Part shown: piece by piece, positions 26,315 to 50,020 of the stretch
Layout of the letters: each line of letters opens with the position of its first letter
How positions within the stretch are numbered: the stretch's first letter is position 1
Assembly: GCF_018350175.1 (NCBI RefSeq)
Contig: NC_058381.1
Span: forward strand, 38,626,001 to 38,690,000
From: Felis catus
Lineage: Eukaryota
Reading direction: 5' to 3'
DNA length: 64,000 nt
The notes under the pieces: model-generated
Told to the model about the DNA's origin: nothing
Database searches by the model: none
What the model saw: the letters and a program-made list of their open reading frames with translations, nothing else
Translations under genes and position numbers: made by a program

Positions 26315-26320
26315 ATTAAA
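26315..26320 (+). terminator. STARD3: STARD3 polyadenylation signal ATTAAA
   Basis: ATTAAA about 630 nt after the stop, followed by a genomic A22 tract at 26330-26351. Confidence 0.7.
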
Positions 26321-28049
26321 AACAAACTCAAAAAAAAAAAAAAAAAAAAAAGAAAAAGCAGCCCCTCCTGCCTGGCCTCTTGAAGGAAGAGAAGTGCAGC
26401 ACTGTGGACAACACCCTCTCACACCCTTGCAGAACCAGAGGGAGTGTGGAGCCAATGGGGACTCAGTTCCTGAACACCCCCACTTGCCTGACCGGTCCAG
26501 CTGGACAGATGATTGGTCAGAGAAAAATGCCCCCCCCCCCCCGCCCCAGCCAGGCCTCCTCTGAGGGAAAGTCAGGGGAAAATCTCCTGCCCAGGATCTG
26601 GGGGGAGGTAGGAGAGACCCCAGCAGCAAGCATGGCAGGCCTTGACTGTCCTTGGGGTCCCACAGCCGGCCTGGGGTGGGGCCCGGGCTCCTGGGTCAAG
26701 GAGGCATCTCAGGTCTCCCTGGGTCTCTCTTGCTGCACTCACCTACCCTCTCCGCTCCCAGCGCACTCACTAGGGGCAGCATAGAGTCAGCTCCGAGGGG
26801 CGGGGGGCGGGGGGCGGGGCGGGGGGGGGCTAACAGGGGCCACTGCCACACCTCCCCTCCTTCCTCCCTCCCTGCCCGCAGGCTTCCCATGGGGCAAGTA
26901 GCATACGGCCAGAAGGGTACTATCTTGGGCCTTGTTAGGTGTGTGACCCTGGGTAAATCTACCTCTCTGAGCCTCCATTTCCTGCTTTGTAAAAATGAGA
27001 CTTGTTAGATCATGGGGCTGTCATTAGAAGAAAACAAGAATCAGGCCTGCTGCTTTGGTAATCAGGAGTGCGCAGTTCTGCCCCAGGTGGGTGCCCATGG
27101 GCCTCTCCAGCTGCTGGGCGCTGTGCTGTTCCGGCAAGGCCCTCTGCTCCTGTGTGGCCTCTTCCCGTGCCCTTTGCTGTGTCCACTCAGTGATGCCCTC
27201 ATTCCTCACTCCCACTCCTGTGCTCTGTGCCACGTGTATTTCTGCACCGTGAGTTGCTCCCCTTGGGTGCTCGGCTTCCCCAGCAGCCATCCAGCTCCCC
27301 TTGAAGGAGAGCCAGGCCCCTCCCAGATGGCATAGTAGAACTGGTCAGGCTGTTGAGACCAGGGAACGAGGCCCAGAGAGGGGCAGGGACTTCCCCATGC
27401 TCAGCCTGTTTATGGCTGAGTTGGAGTTAGAGCCAGATCTGATTGTACCACTCATCAGAGCCCCTGAATTCCCATCTCACCTGCTTGGGGGTGTTGGTGA
27501 TAGGGGCGGCCACCCACATCTGCTCTTTACGACCTGACTGGCCTGACTTGGGAAACCACTTCTCTGACCACTGGCCACGAGAAAGGAAAACCTCTGGCAA
27601 AGGTTCATGCCCAGGGTCCCAGGTATGGAATTAACCAAGTAATTTCCTGCCAGTGTGGTGGTGGCAGTTGGGGACCAGGACTCTGGGTGCAGACACCTGA
27701 GGATGTGGTTGCACTGTCCCTTCCTGTCAAGGGGCATGGCTAGGGGCTATGCCCTTGATCCCAGGCAGAGGAGAGGAGTGGGGGTAGGACCTGATGGCCT
27801 GGTACAGAGCCCAGAATGGGCCTCGATTCCTGCCATTTCCTGCTCTGTTTACAGACAGGCTGCTGTCTTCCCTGGGCAAGAGGAAAGGGGTGGGGCAGAG
27901 GGCAAGTGCCAAGGTGGCACGAGGCTGGGCACGTGCCTGGTCTCAGACAGTGTCAAAGGAGTGTCAGACACCTGGAGGTGTCACTCTGAGGACTTCTGCC
28001 CTCCTCTGGAGCATCTTGATCTCTTTGGAAGCTGACTGCTGACCCGGCG

Positions 28050-28233
28050 GGGGCAGCTGGAATCCAGGTACCCCAACCCCCACCCTGGGCCCAGAGTCCC
28101 CCATCAGTGAGCCTTGGCTCTGCTTATAGCATCTGACGCCAGAGGGGCTGAAAATAGCCCCTGGAGGAGGTGGAGGAGGGGGCTATTTAAAGGGCCTGGG
28201 AGGAGCAGAGCTGAGAGGGAGTGAGCACTGATC
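28050..28233 (+). promoter_or_regulatory. TCAP: TCAP muscle-type proximal promoter (E-boxes, MEF2-like site, TATA/MEF2 element)
   Basis: E-boxes CAGCTG (~28054) and CATCTG (~28130); CTGAAAATAG 28148-28157; CTATTTAAAG 28183-28192, about 45 nt upstream of the ATG. Confidence 0.65.
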
Positions 28234-28984
28234 ATGGCGACCGCGGAGCTGAGCTGCCAGGTGTCCGAGGAGGACTGTGAGCGGCGAGAAGCCTTCTGGG
28301 CTGAATGGAAGGATCTGACGCTGTCCACACGGCCTGAGGAGGGGTGAGTGCCAGCCAGCTGGGAGTTCCTCCTCTCCCCTACAACACCCCTCCTGAGGCT
28401 CAGGAGGCCAGAGCACAAAGCCCTGCAGAAGTTTCTGGGGGTAGGGACAAGGAGAGGGCCCACTGGGGAGAGTGGAGTCACCCCTTTCGCACCCCAAGTC
28501 CTGGCAGCCCCAGGGAGCCCCCTACCCAGCTCGTGACTGGAGGGTAGCAGATTTCAGGAGCTGGGTACCCCCCTCCCCTCTCCTCCCCAGTTGCTCTCTG
28601 CACGAGGAGGACACCCAGCGGCATGAGACCTACCACCGGCAGGGACAGTGCCAGGCGCTGGTGCAGCGTTCCCCCTGGTTGGTGATGCGTATGGGCATCC
28701 TCGGCCGCGGGCTGCAGGAGTACCAGCTGCCCTACCAGCGGGTGCTGCCACTGCCCATCTTCACCCCCGCCAAGATGGGTGCCGCCAAGGAGGAGCGCGA
28801 GGACACCCCTCTCCAGCTGCGGGAGCTGCTGGCACTGGAGACAGCCCTGGGGGGCCAGTGTGTGGAACGCCAGGACGTGGCCGAGATCACCAAGCAGCTG
28901 CCCCCTGTGGTGCCTGTCAGCAAGCCCGGTGCACTTCGTCGCTCCCTGTCCCGCTCCATGTCCCAGGAAGCACAGAGAGGCTGA
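28234..28984 (+). CDS. TCAP: Telethonin (titin-cap), 167 aa
   Basis: Exon 1 28234-28343 (MATAELSCQVSEEDCERREAFWAEWKDLTLSTRPEEG), exon 2 28591-28984 (CSLHEEDTQRHETYH...RRSLSRSMSQEAQRG*). 504 nt, GT-AG intron. Confidence 0.98.
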
Positions 28985-29431
28985 GAGGGACGGTGACTCG
29001 GGCTCCACTGTGCCCACTGTGGGCTGGGCCCTTCCTGGCTAGGACCATGGAGGGCAGCTGCTGGCCATGGATGCTTTGTAGTTTGCCCAGAGTTGGGGGC
29101 TAGGGGAGGAGGGAGCCAGAGGCCAGGATGCCTGGGTCCCCTGAGTTCCCAAAGGGAGGGGGGCAAAGACAGTGGACACTAAGGGTAGAGAGCTGGGGGC
29201 CAGCACAGCCAAGTACCCCCAGCCCCAGGAGAAGGGACAAAAGATGCTGGTGAGGACAAGAGGTCCTGAGAGGAATGACCCTGGTCCAGGCTTCAGCTTC
29301 AGAGAAAGATGAGGAAAAGTGTTAAGGGGATCTGGAATGCTCTGAGAAGAGGCTTGGAGAAGACTGGCGTGAGGGGGACGTGAAGAAGGCAGAGGCAGAG
29401 TGGGGCCCCCAGCATCCTCTGTTAGTGCTGC

Positions 29432-29437
29432 AATAAA
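29432..29437 (+). terminator. TCAP: TCAP polyadenylation signal AATAAA
   Basis: AATAAA about 450 nt after the stop, with U/GU-rich sequence downstream. Confidence 0.8.
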
Positions 29438-30349
29438 TGCTCAATTGTGTTCCAGACTTTTCGTCTCTTTCCTTGTGGGGGCCAGCCCATTGGTGTCCCC
29501 CCATGCTCACTTCTGGGAATAGGCCTTGCATCTGGGCTAAATATGGCAGAGCTAGTGGGTACGCTCCATGCTTGGTGGTGGGGGCAGAGGAGACAGGAAC
29601 AGAGCTGTAAACAGGGTGGCTGTCTGTCCAGGCCCCCTTCCATGCCCTGGCTCTGCTGTGCAGTTCCTGGACTCTGTGTCCAGTCCCCTGGCACTGGGCA
29701 GTGCCCAGCAGGCCAGCTGGCATCCAGGGTGTGTTTAAATGATCTCATGGAGAATAGGGAGGGGGCTGGCACCAGGATTGTCCTTGGCTGTACCTAAGGG
29801 TGTGGATGGGGTCACTGACCCCGAGGCTGACCTACCTCTCAGTTCTGAATCCAGACAGGATCAGTCCTTGGCTCCGGTCAGCTGCTCTACCCACCCTACC
29901 CAGGGAGCCCAGGGTGGGTTGTGGGGAGTGGAGGGTCGGGTTCTTGTCTGTGACCCCTGCAGCTGTTGTGACTCATGTCCCAACCTGATTGCCTGGCCCA
30001 ACAAGGAGACCTGTTCCTCTTGGGACAAGGTGGGGACCGGCGAGGGCACAGAGGTGAGGGCACAGAGGAGGCTAGGGGCCCATCTGGACAGGGGCTCGTA
30101 GCCTACCTAGGGCAGAGGTGCACTGGACTGGCCCAAAGGGGTCCACTCCAGGAAGACCATGGAGATAGCTCCATGGAATCCACTTCCCATTCGGGGGAGA
30201 AAGGAGGGGAGACCCTGGCAGCTCGACCTGGAGTGCCAAGCAGGACCTACAGGCCTGGCCTGACCCCCTCCCCAAGAAAGGGGAATGCAGCGTGGGCTGG
30301 GGAAGGAGAGGGGTCAGAGACCCCAGACTGGTGCAACCCCAAATCCCTT

Positions 30350-31287
30350 GGCACCGAAGGCCCAGCCCGCGCCCCCTGGCGACAGCGGCAGGCCGGGGAA
30401 CACCTGCGTCCTTCCGCCGTCACCAGGGACCCGCGTGCCCAACATGGCTAGGATGTTCCGACCTTCTGCCTTCAGAAGCCCCCAGATAAGCGGCTCAGAG
30501 CCTGCAGGGCCCGCAGGGAGGCCCCGCTGTTCGGAAGGCTAAGTGCATTAGCCCCGCTCACATCCCCTATCGCTGCTGCCATCGGACGGGCGGGGCCGGA
30601 GCTCCGCTCTAGGGCCCCGGGGCGACCGCGACGGTGGCGGAGGCCAGAACGGACTGTCCTTTCCGGAGTGGGTGTGGGGGGCGCTGGGGAACGAGGGTTG
30701 GGAGGAAAGGACGAAAGAGGGCTGGAGGAGGGAAGGGGGAGCTGGGGTGACCAAACCAAGGAAAGGGGTGGATGTGGGACGCGGTGTCTCGGAGGAAGGA
30801 GAGCCCGCAGGGGGCCGGGCCCGGGGTTGGGACGAGAGCGCTGGGAGGTGGGCAGTGGAACAGCGCCGACTGGACCCTGGGCCAAAGAGAAGGAATGGGG
30901 TGCCGGGCGAAGGGGGTGAATGGCCGGGGAGCTGGAGGAGAGCGACGGGAAGAGCTGGGGGCTGGCGGGGCGGGGGATCTAAGGGTCTTGGGGGCACGAA
31001 GCTGGCTGCCTGGGGCCAGGCCCGGTGAGGCAGAGTGGCGGGGCGCGGGCGCAGCGGAGGAGCGGGGCGGGGGTGGGGGTCACACGTGCCCGGGCCGCCC
31101 CACACGCGCCCCGAGTGTCTGCCGCTCGGACACTAAAGGAGATGGATGGGGTGGGGGGAAATGCAACGCGGGGCCCCGGGCGGTTCCTGGCGCAGCCGCC
31201 GCCCCCGCAGCGGAGGGTCGGGCCGGGACTTGGGCGGCACATAAAGGGACCGCGAAGCGCGAGGACCGGGCGGGCGGCGGCGGCAGC
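30350..31287 (+). promoter_or_regulatory. PNMT: PNMT CpG island and promoter
   Basis: CpG-rich; GC/Egr-like boxes, E-box CACGTG 31083-31088, TATA-like CATAAAG at ~31240, about 45 nt upstream of the ATG. Confidence 0.75.
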
Positions 31288-32856
31288 ATGAGTGCGGCAG
31301 ACCCGAATCCCGCTGCGGGCGCAGTCCCCGACTCGGACCCGCACCCGGGCCGGGCGGCGGTCGCCTCCGCCTACCAGCGCTTCGAGCCCCGCGCCTACCT
31401 CCGCAACAACTACGCGCCCCCTCGGGGCGACCTGAGCAGCCCGGATGGCGTCGGGCCTTGGAAGCTGAGCTGCTTGGCACAGACCTTCGCCACCGGTGAG
31501 CGCGGGGGAAACTGAGGCCGAGAGGACAAGAAGTCATCAGGGAGCTAAAGGGGCATACGCCAGAGCCCGAGGGGGGCCAAGGAGCACAGATAGGTAGTTA
31601 GGAGTGAAAATAGAAGAGGAAGAGAAGCAATATCCCTTTGCGGGGGCGGGGGGGGGCATAGAGAGACCTGTGAGGAGGGTATTGGGGGGTGCAGATCCTT
31701 CACAATTGAGAGGTGAAGTGGGGGATGCAGGAAAGGGCCCCAGATGAAGAGAGACGCCAAGAAAAGAGATGGAAGCAGAGATTGGGGAGGGAAGAGGCAA
31801 CTGGCGGGGGACTGCCCGTCACTGTAGGATTTCCCCACTTCAGTCTCTCTGTAAGGACAGTTCCGCAGATGTGGGACTTGAATCTCAGATTGTCTAAGTT
31901 CCTTTCCCAAGGCAAGTCAGTCTGTGTTGGACGGGGTGGGGGGACTCAGATCCAGGTTAGCTAATGTGTCTTCCAGATGGAGATGCACTTTACAGAGGAG
32001 GAAGGGAATGAGGGAGGGAGAAGCAGGTAAGGGAGAGCGTGACCAAGGCAGGGGATGCTTGGACAGGGCCGGCACCGGGACCCTCTTCCCCTGCGCCCTC
32101 CCAGGTGAGGTGTCTGGACACACCCTCATCGACATTGGTTCAGGCCCCACCATATACCAGCTGCTCAGCGCCTGCACCCACTTTGAGGACATCACCATGA
32201 CAGATTTTCTGGAGGTGAACCGCCGGGAGCTGGGGCTCTGGCTTCGGGAGGAGCCGGGGGCCTTCGACTGGAGCATGTACAGCCGGCACGTCTGCCTCAT
32301 TGAGGGCAAGGGGTAAGGGAGCCTCCCATGGAGTGGCTGGCAGGGGGCAACAGAGGACTGAACGTGGGGCGGCCCTGAGCCCTGGTCCTGACCCTGCCTT
32401 CTGCCCCTGCACAGCGAGCCCTGGCAGGAAAAGGAGCGCCAGCTGCGAGCCAGGGTGAAGCGGGTCTTGCACATCGATGTGCACCAGCCCCAGCCCCTGG
32501 GTGCTGGGAGCCTGGCGCCCCTGCCTGCCGATGCCCTGGTCTCTGCCTTCTGCCTGGAGGCTGTAAGCCCAGACCTTGCCAGCTTCCAGAGGGCCCTGGA
32601 CCACATCACCACTCTGCTGAGGCCTGGGGGGCACCTCCTCCTCATCGGGGCCCTAGAGGAGTCATGGTACCTGGCTGGGGAGGCCCGGCTGGTGGTGGTA
32701 CCCATGTGTAAGGAGAAGGTGGTGGAGGCCTTGGTTCGTAGCGGCTATGAGGTGCGGGACCTGCGCACTTACGTCATGCCTGCCTGCCTTCAGACAGGTG
32801 TAGACGATGTCAAGGGCATCTTCTTCGCCTGGGCCCAGAAAAAGGTGGGGGTGTGA
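31288..32856 (+). CDS. PNMT: Phenylethanolamine N-methyltransferase, 285 aa
   Basis: Exons 31288-31495, 32105-32312, 32415-32856 (858 nt). Motifs YQRFEPRAYLRNNY, LIDIGSGPT (SAM motif I), FCLEAV, GALEESWY, GVDDVKG. Confidence 0.98.
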
Positions 32857-32923
32857 TGGCCCAGTGCACCCTGTGCTGATGGCTCTCATATATCCAGATT
32901 CCCTGTCATCTGTGGTGGCACCT

Positions 32924-32929
32924 AATAAA
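32924..32929 (+). terminator. PNMT: PNMT polyadenylation signal AATAAA
   Basis: AATAAA 68 nt after the stop, with a GU-rich element downstream. Confidence 0.85.
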
Positions 32930-33546
32930 GAAATCAGTTCCTCCTGCTGAGTGTCAGCTGTGTGTGGCTTTTCTGGGAAACAAGGGCCCAGAGCTCTCTC
33001 TAGGGTTGTGGGGGTGTGAAAGCCACCAACCCTAGCCCCCCCTTTTTTTCCAGAAGCTTCCATGAAGGTAGGTTTCTTTACCACTCATTCTTCCCAAACT
33101 AAGGAAAGCCAAGGTCAGCGGGTATTCATTCAGCATCTGCTATGTGCCAGGCACCTATTAGGTCCTTTCAGCCCTCACATTCAGCAGGTCCAATTGTCCT
33201 GTTTGCAGGTGAAACTCAGGAAGGTTAAGTAGCAAACAGTAGTGGAGCCTAGTTCAGGCCAGAAGGGGAGGAGTGGGGAGATAATCAGGAGACTGAAGTG
33301 GACAGTGCAGGGGGAAGGAGTTACAATGCAGGCACCAGTTCCCTCTCCCAGAGCCCACTCCCCCTGGACTGGAGCTCCGCCCAGCTCTGCTGCTGCTCTG
33401 CATCTGGTCCCTGCCATCCCCACCCCCAGTGCCTAGGTAGAGACCCCACCTGCCTATTGCCTCCAGCCAGGTGTCTTCTCCTTCCCTCCAAGCCCACACT
33501 ACTCACACAAATGAGCTGAACAAGGGTAGGTGAGGCTGAGAATTCG

Positions 33547-33552
33547 TTTATT
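33547..33552 (-). terminator. PGAP3: PGAP3 polyadenylation signal (AATAAA on the minus strand)
   Basis: TTTATT on the plus strand, about 1.66 kb beyond the PGAP3 stop. Confidence 0.7.
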
Positions 33553-35211
33553 AAGAATGTTCCTTGCTACCCTCTCTCTCACCTTAAAATAGTTCTCAAT
33601 ATAAAAAAAGAAAAAAACAAAAAACAAACCACAGGTCACCCGAGTCTGAGGTTGGAGTCCTGGTACAGTGCCCCGACTCCAGGGAGGGCAAGAGGGCAGG
33701 GAAAGAACAAGAATCCAGACTCCCTGCTCCAATCACACAGACTGCCTTTGGATGGAAAGTTTCTGGAGCTTCACGTTCTATCCTTGCGGAGCACAAATGT
33801 GCCAGGGCTGCTGGCAACTAGCAGGGGTCACCTTTACTGGGGTGCAGGTAGAGCGTGGCCCCTGCCTGTCTCTGGGAAGGCCAGAAACCAGACCCAGCCA
33901 CAATCCTCCTCCCCTACTCCCTCAGATTGCCCCCCTTCCCAAGGTCCAGGCTGTGACAAAGGGGCTTAGCAGGTAGGTTACTCCGGGAAGGGAAGGCCAA
34001 CCAAGCCTAGGCAAGGAGACAGAAGGCTGGAGAGGCGCAGAGGATCTCCATTTCCCCACCTCCCTCTGACTCCCAAGAGGCTGGTTCTGGAGGGTGATCT
34101 TGAGTTGTGTGGGGGCCCTCCGAGATTTGGAGGGCTGTAAAGTGGGGGCAATGGACAGAAACACACACATGCAGCCTGGACACTCGTACCCCCAGCCAGA
34201 CTTTGAGGATATCCTGGCTCTCTGCCTGGCCTGGGGCCTTGTGCAGAGCTAGCACTCAATAGGTACTTGTTGGCGGTAACTCGATACCCCATATTTCTCC
34301 AACCTGCCCCCACTGTGTGGTACACTCATGGCACTCACATTCACCCACCTGTCCTGCAGCACACACTTTAAAACCACTCACACCCCACCCCACTCTCCAC
34401 CCACGCTCATACACACTGTCCCACCCAGCATCCCACACACCTCAGGCCCGTGCCCACCACTCTGTCACCTATGCACTCAGTCTGGTTCACACTCGCGTAC
34501 ACATTCATGTGCAGGCTCTCAACCAGAACAGCAGCAGAGGAGCCAGAGGGATTCCCGTCCTGGGCTCTGTGGGGTTCTGGCCTTGAAGGGGGAAGGAACA
34601 TAGTGAGGCCTCTTGGGGGTCTGGCTGAAGCAACAGTCAGGGTAAGACCACTCCCCAGTCCCAGGGGCTTAGTCCCTCAAGATCCCATAGGGAGAATGGG
34701 ACCAACCTTGGAACTTGGGTAGCCAAAGAGCAAGAGTCTAGTGCCACCTAGTGGTGCCCTGGAGGAGGGCAGGGGGGTAACAGGAGGGGACCCCACTGTC
34801 CCCAAAGGCCTGTGGTACCTGGTTTCCCAGATAGACAAACAGCTGTGGGAACCACCCAGGCACTGAGGGGATGTGGGGAAGAGGCTGATGGGGAGGCAGA
34901 GGCAGCTCTCCTCTTGGTGGAGCCAAGAACACAGTTCTACTCCAGTTCTGTTCCAGGAACCAGAGAGGCTGCCCATTCTCTAACCCCAGATGCTGAGAGG
35001 CCAAGCCTGAACAGACTCCAAGGCCTGGGAGGGCCATGTGGGGGCAAGCAAGGGGATGGGCAGTTACATGATTCTGGGCCCACACCCTTCATGTCCAAGT
35101 TCAAGATGCTAAAAGGAAAAAAAAAATTAATCATCTCAAGGATTATGAGGAGAAGGGGAGCAGCGGGGAGAGGGCAGGACCCCCAGTGGGGCAGACAGGC
35201 TCCCAGGGCCT

Positions 35212-47860
<12,649 letters not shown>

Positions 47861-48347
47861 TTTTCTTTTTTCTATCAATATACGTCTTGTTTCTTCTCCA
47901 TGGTCTCTGTATTTGAAGTACGGTTATTATTCTTTCACCAGCCCCCCCCCCCCCCGTCGGGTTTCGCTTCCTAGTGCACCTGGAACTGCCCATGTCTTTC
48001 CCCATCTCCCCTGGCACCACCCTGGTTAAAGACATCACCATCATCTGTCGCCGAGACTGCCGCAGTAGTCCCTTTCCGAGTCTCCCGGAAGGGAGGCTTT
48101 TGTCTCCTCCTACCTTTGTCCTCTCCAGTCCGCGTTCCGTTTCCAAATTCAAATTTGACCCTGTCACTTTTGTTCTTAAAATTCTTTACTGGCTCCCAAG
48201 TACCTCAGGATAAAATCATGACTCCACAAACCCTGTACGATCTGGCCCCTGCGCCAGAGCCAAGGGGTCATGTTTCTCAACCCTCCCGGCCTTGCCTTAT
48301 CTGTATCATTTGTAGTCTCAGGCGTGCTTATTCTTCTAGGCTCAGTT

Positions 48348-48565
48348 AAAAAAAATTTTTTTTAACGTTTTATTTATTTTTGAGACAGGGAGAGTCAGAG
48401 CATGAACAGGGGAGGGTCAGAGAGAGGGAGACACAGAATCTGAAACAGGCTCCGGGCTCTGAGCTGTCAGCACAGAGCCCAACGCGGGGCTCAAACTCAC
48501 GGACCGCGAGATCATGACCTGATCCGAAGTCGGATGCTTAACCGACTGAGCCACCCAGGCACCCC
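48348..48565 (-). mobile_element. Full-length SINEC (felid Fc-like)
   Basis: T-rich tail, GA-rich region, tRNA-derived head; TSD taggctcagtt at 48337-48347 and 48569-48579. Confidence 0.93.
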
Positions 48566-49199
48566 TTTTAGGCTCAGTTTAAACACCACTTCCGAGGGCG
48601 GTAACACCTGGAGGATGATATAAAATACAGTGGTATGTTTTCCCTAGGCAGGGTGGGGACCTCTGCTGTCTTGTTTACCACTCTACTTCCAGTACTAGTA
48701 CACAATTTGTATCATGTTAGGCGCTAAGAACGCATCTCTTCTTTCTTCCCTCCCCCCCCTTCCTTCCTTCCTTCCTTCCTTCCTTCCTTTTTAAATGAAT
48801 GAACAATATAATTCAACGTTAAAAAATTGGGTGCTAAATCCATCAGCGTGATTTAGATGAGGCTGAGATCCAAGAGGTGTAACATGTCAAGGAAAATCAA
48901 GAGAAGGACTTTTGGGAATAGGATACTTGCTTTAACATCCACTCCTCCTGCCTACACCACCACAGCACACACAAATATGCCCATCTCGTTGAAGCATGGA
49001 AGCCTTGTAGCCTAGATGCGTAATTAGTGTGTGTAGATTAATGACAGCCTTTCCTCCTGTCCCACTCTCCACCCCGGGTCAACTTTTCCTTTTTATATTG
49101 ATTGAGAAGTGAAATGAACATGAAGTAAAATTGTATTCCATTCACTTATTCATTTAGTAAACATTTCCTGAGTTCTTAGCTCTAGCACCAGGCTAGGCA

Positions 49200-49340
49200 A
49201 GGCACAACTCCAGGAGGCACCATTCACATTGTATTTACTGTGAATGGCGCTCAGGGGTGCACCATTCACATTGTATTTTCTGTGATTAGTGCCTCTTCAA
49301 GTTAAGTACAACATGAATAGTGCCCCCTGGAGTTGAGCAC
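49200..49340. mobile_element. MER91-like palindromic hAT MITE with internal duplication
   Basis: Inverted ends caactccagg (49205-49214) and cctggagttg (49326-49335); duplicated gcaccattcacattgtattt core. Confidence 0.65.
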
Positions 49341-49547
49341 CCAGTTGATACGGATTGGGAAGCTGAAAAGAACAAAACAACTACTCAGCCCCCCAGGAGC
49401 TGACAGGGAAACAATCTAGTACTAATACTACTTTGCGTCTGATAGACCAGTCCTTTCCTACTACATTATTTCATTTTGTCCTTAATATGATTCTGGGATG
49501 AATCTTTTAATGAGCACGTCCATTTAAAGACGAGGACATTTTAAGTT

Positions 49548-50020
49548 GCGTGGCTGGCTCAGTTGGTGGTGCATGCGACTCTTTTTTTTTTTTTTTTAAG
49601 ATTTTATTTTATTTTTTAAAGTCTTAATTGTTTTAATGTTTATTTATTTTTGAGAGAGAGAGAGAGAGAGCAGGGGAGGGGCAGAGAGAGGCAGACATAG
49701 AATCCCTAGCAGGCGCTGCACAATCAGCACGGAGCCTGACAAGGGACTCAAACTCACAAAACCGTGAGATCATAACCTGAGCTGAAACCGAGTCGGACGC
49801 TTAACTGACTGAGCCACCCAGGTGCCCCTAAGATTTTATTTTTAAGTAATCTCTACACCCAACGTTGGGCTAGGGTTCGAACTCACAACTCCTAGATCAA
49901 GAGTGGTACACTGTAACAACTGAGCCAACCAGGTGCCCCGCAACTCTTGATATCGGGGTTGTAAGTTTCAGCCCCTGTTGGGTGTAGCGATTACTTAAAA
50001 ATAAAGTCTTAAAAAAAATA
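49548..50020. mobile_element. Triple-nested carnivore SINEs
   Basis: Outer plus-strand SINE; middle minus-strand SINE 49584-49939 (TSD gc(g/a)actctt); inner minus-strand SINEC 49611-49828 (TSD taagattttatttt). Confidence 0.88.

Noticed and set aside
28478-29017. 179-aa antisense ORF over TCAP exon 2
   Set aside because: Antisense shadow of a GC3-rich coding exon.
29500-31280. Glucocorticoid response element expected upstream of PNMT
   Set aside because: Only half-sites or wrongly spaced AACA..TGTT were found by eye; no 15-bp GRE can be supported.
31917-32705. 262-aa antisense ORF over PNMT
   Set aside because: Antisense shadow of coding sequence; no independent promoter or poly(A) evidence.
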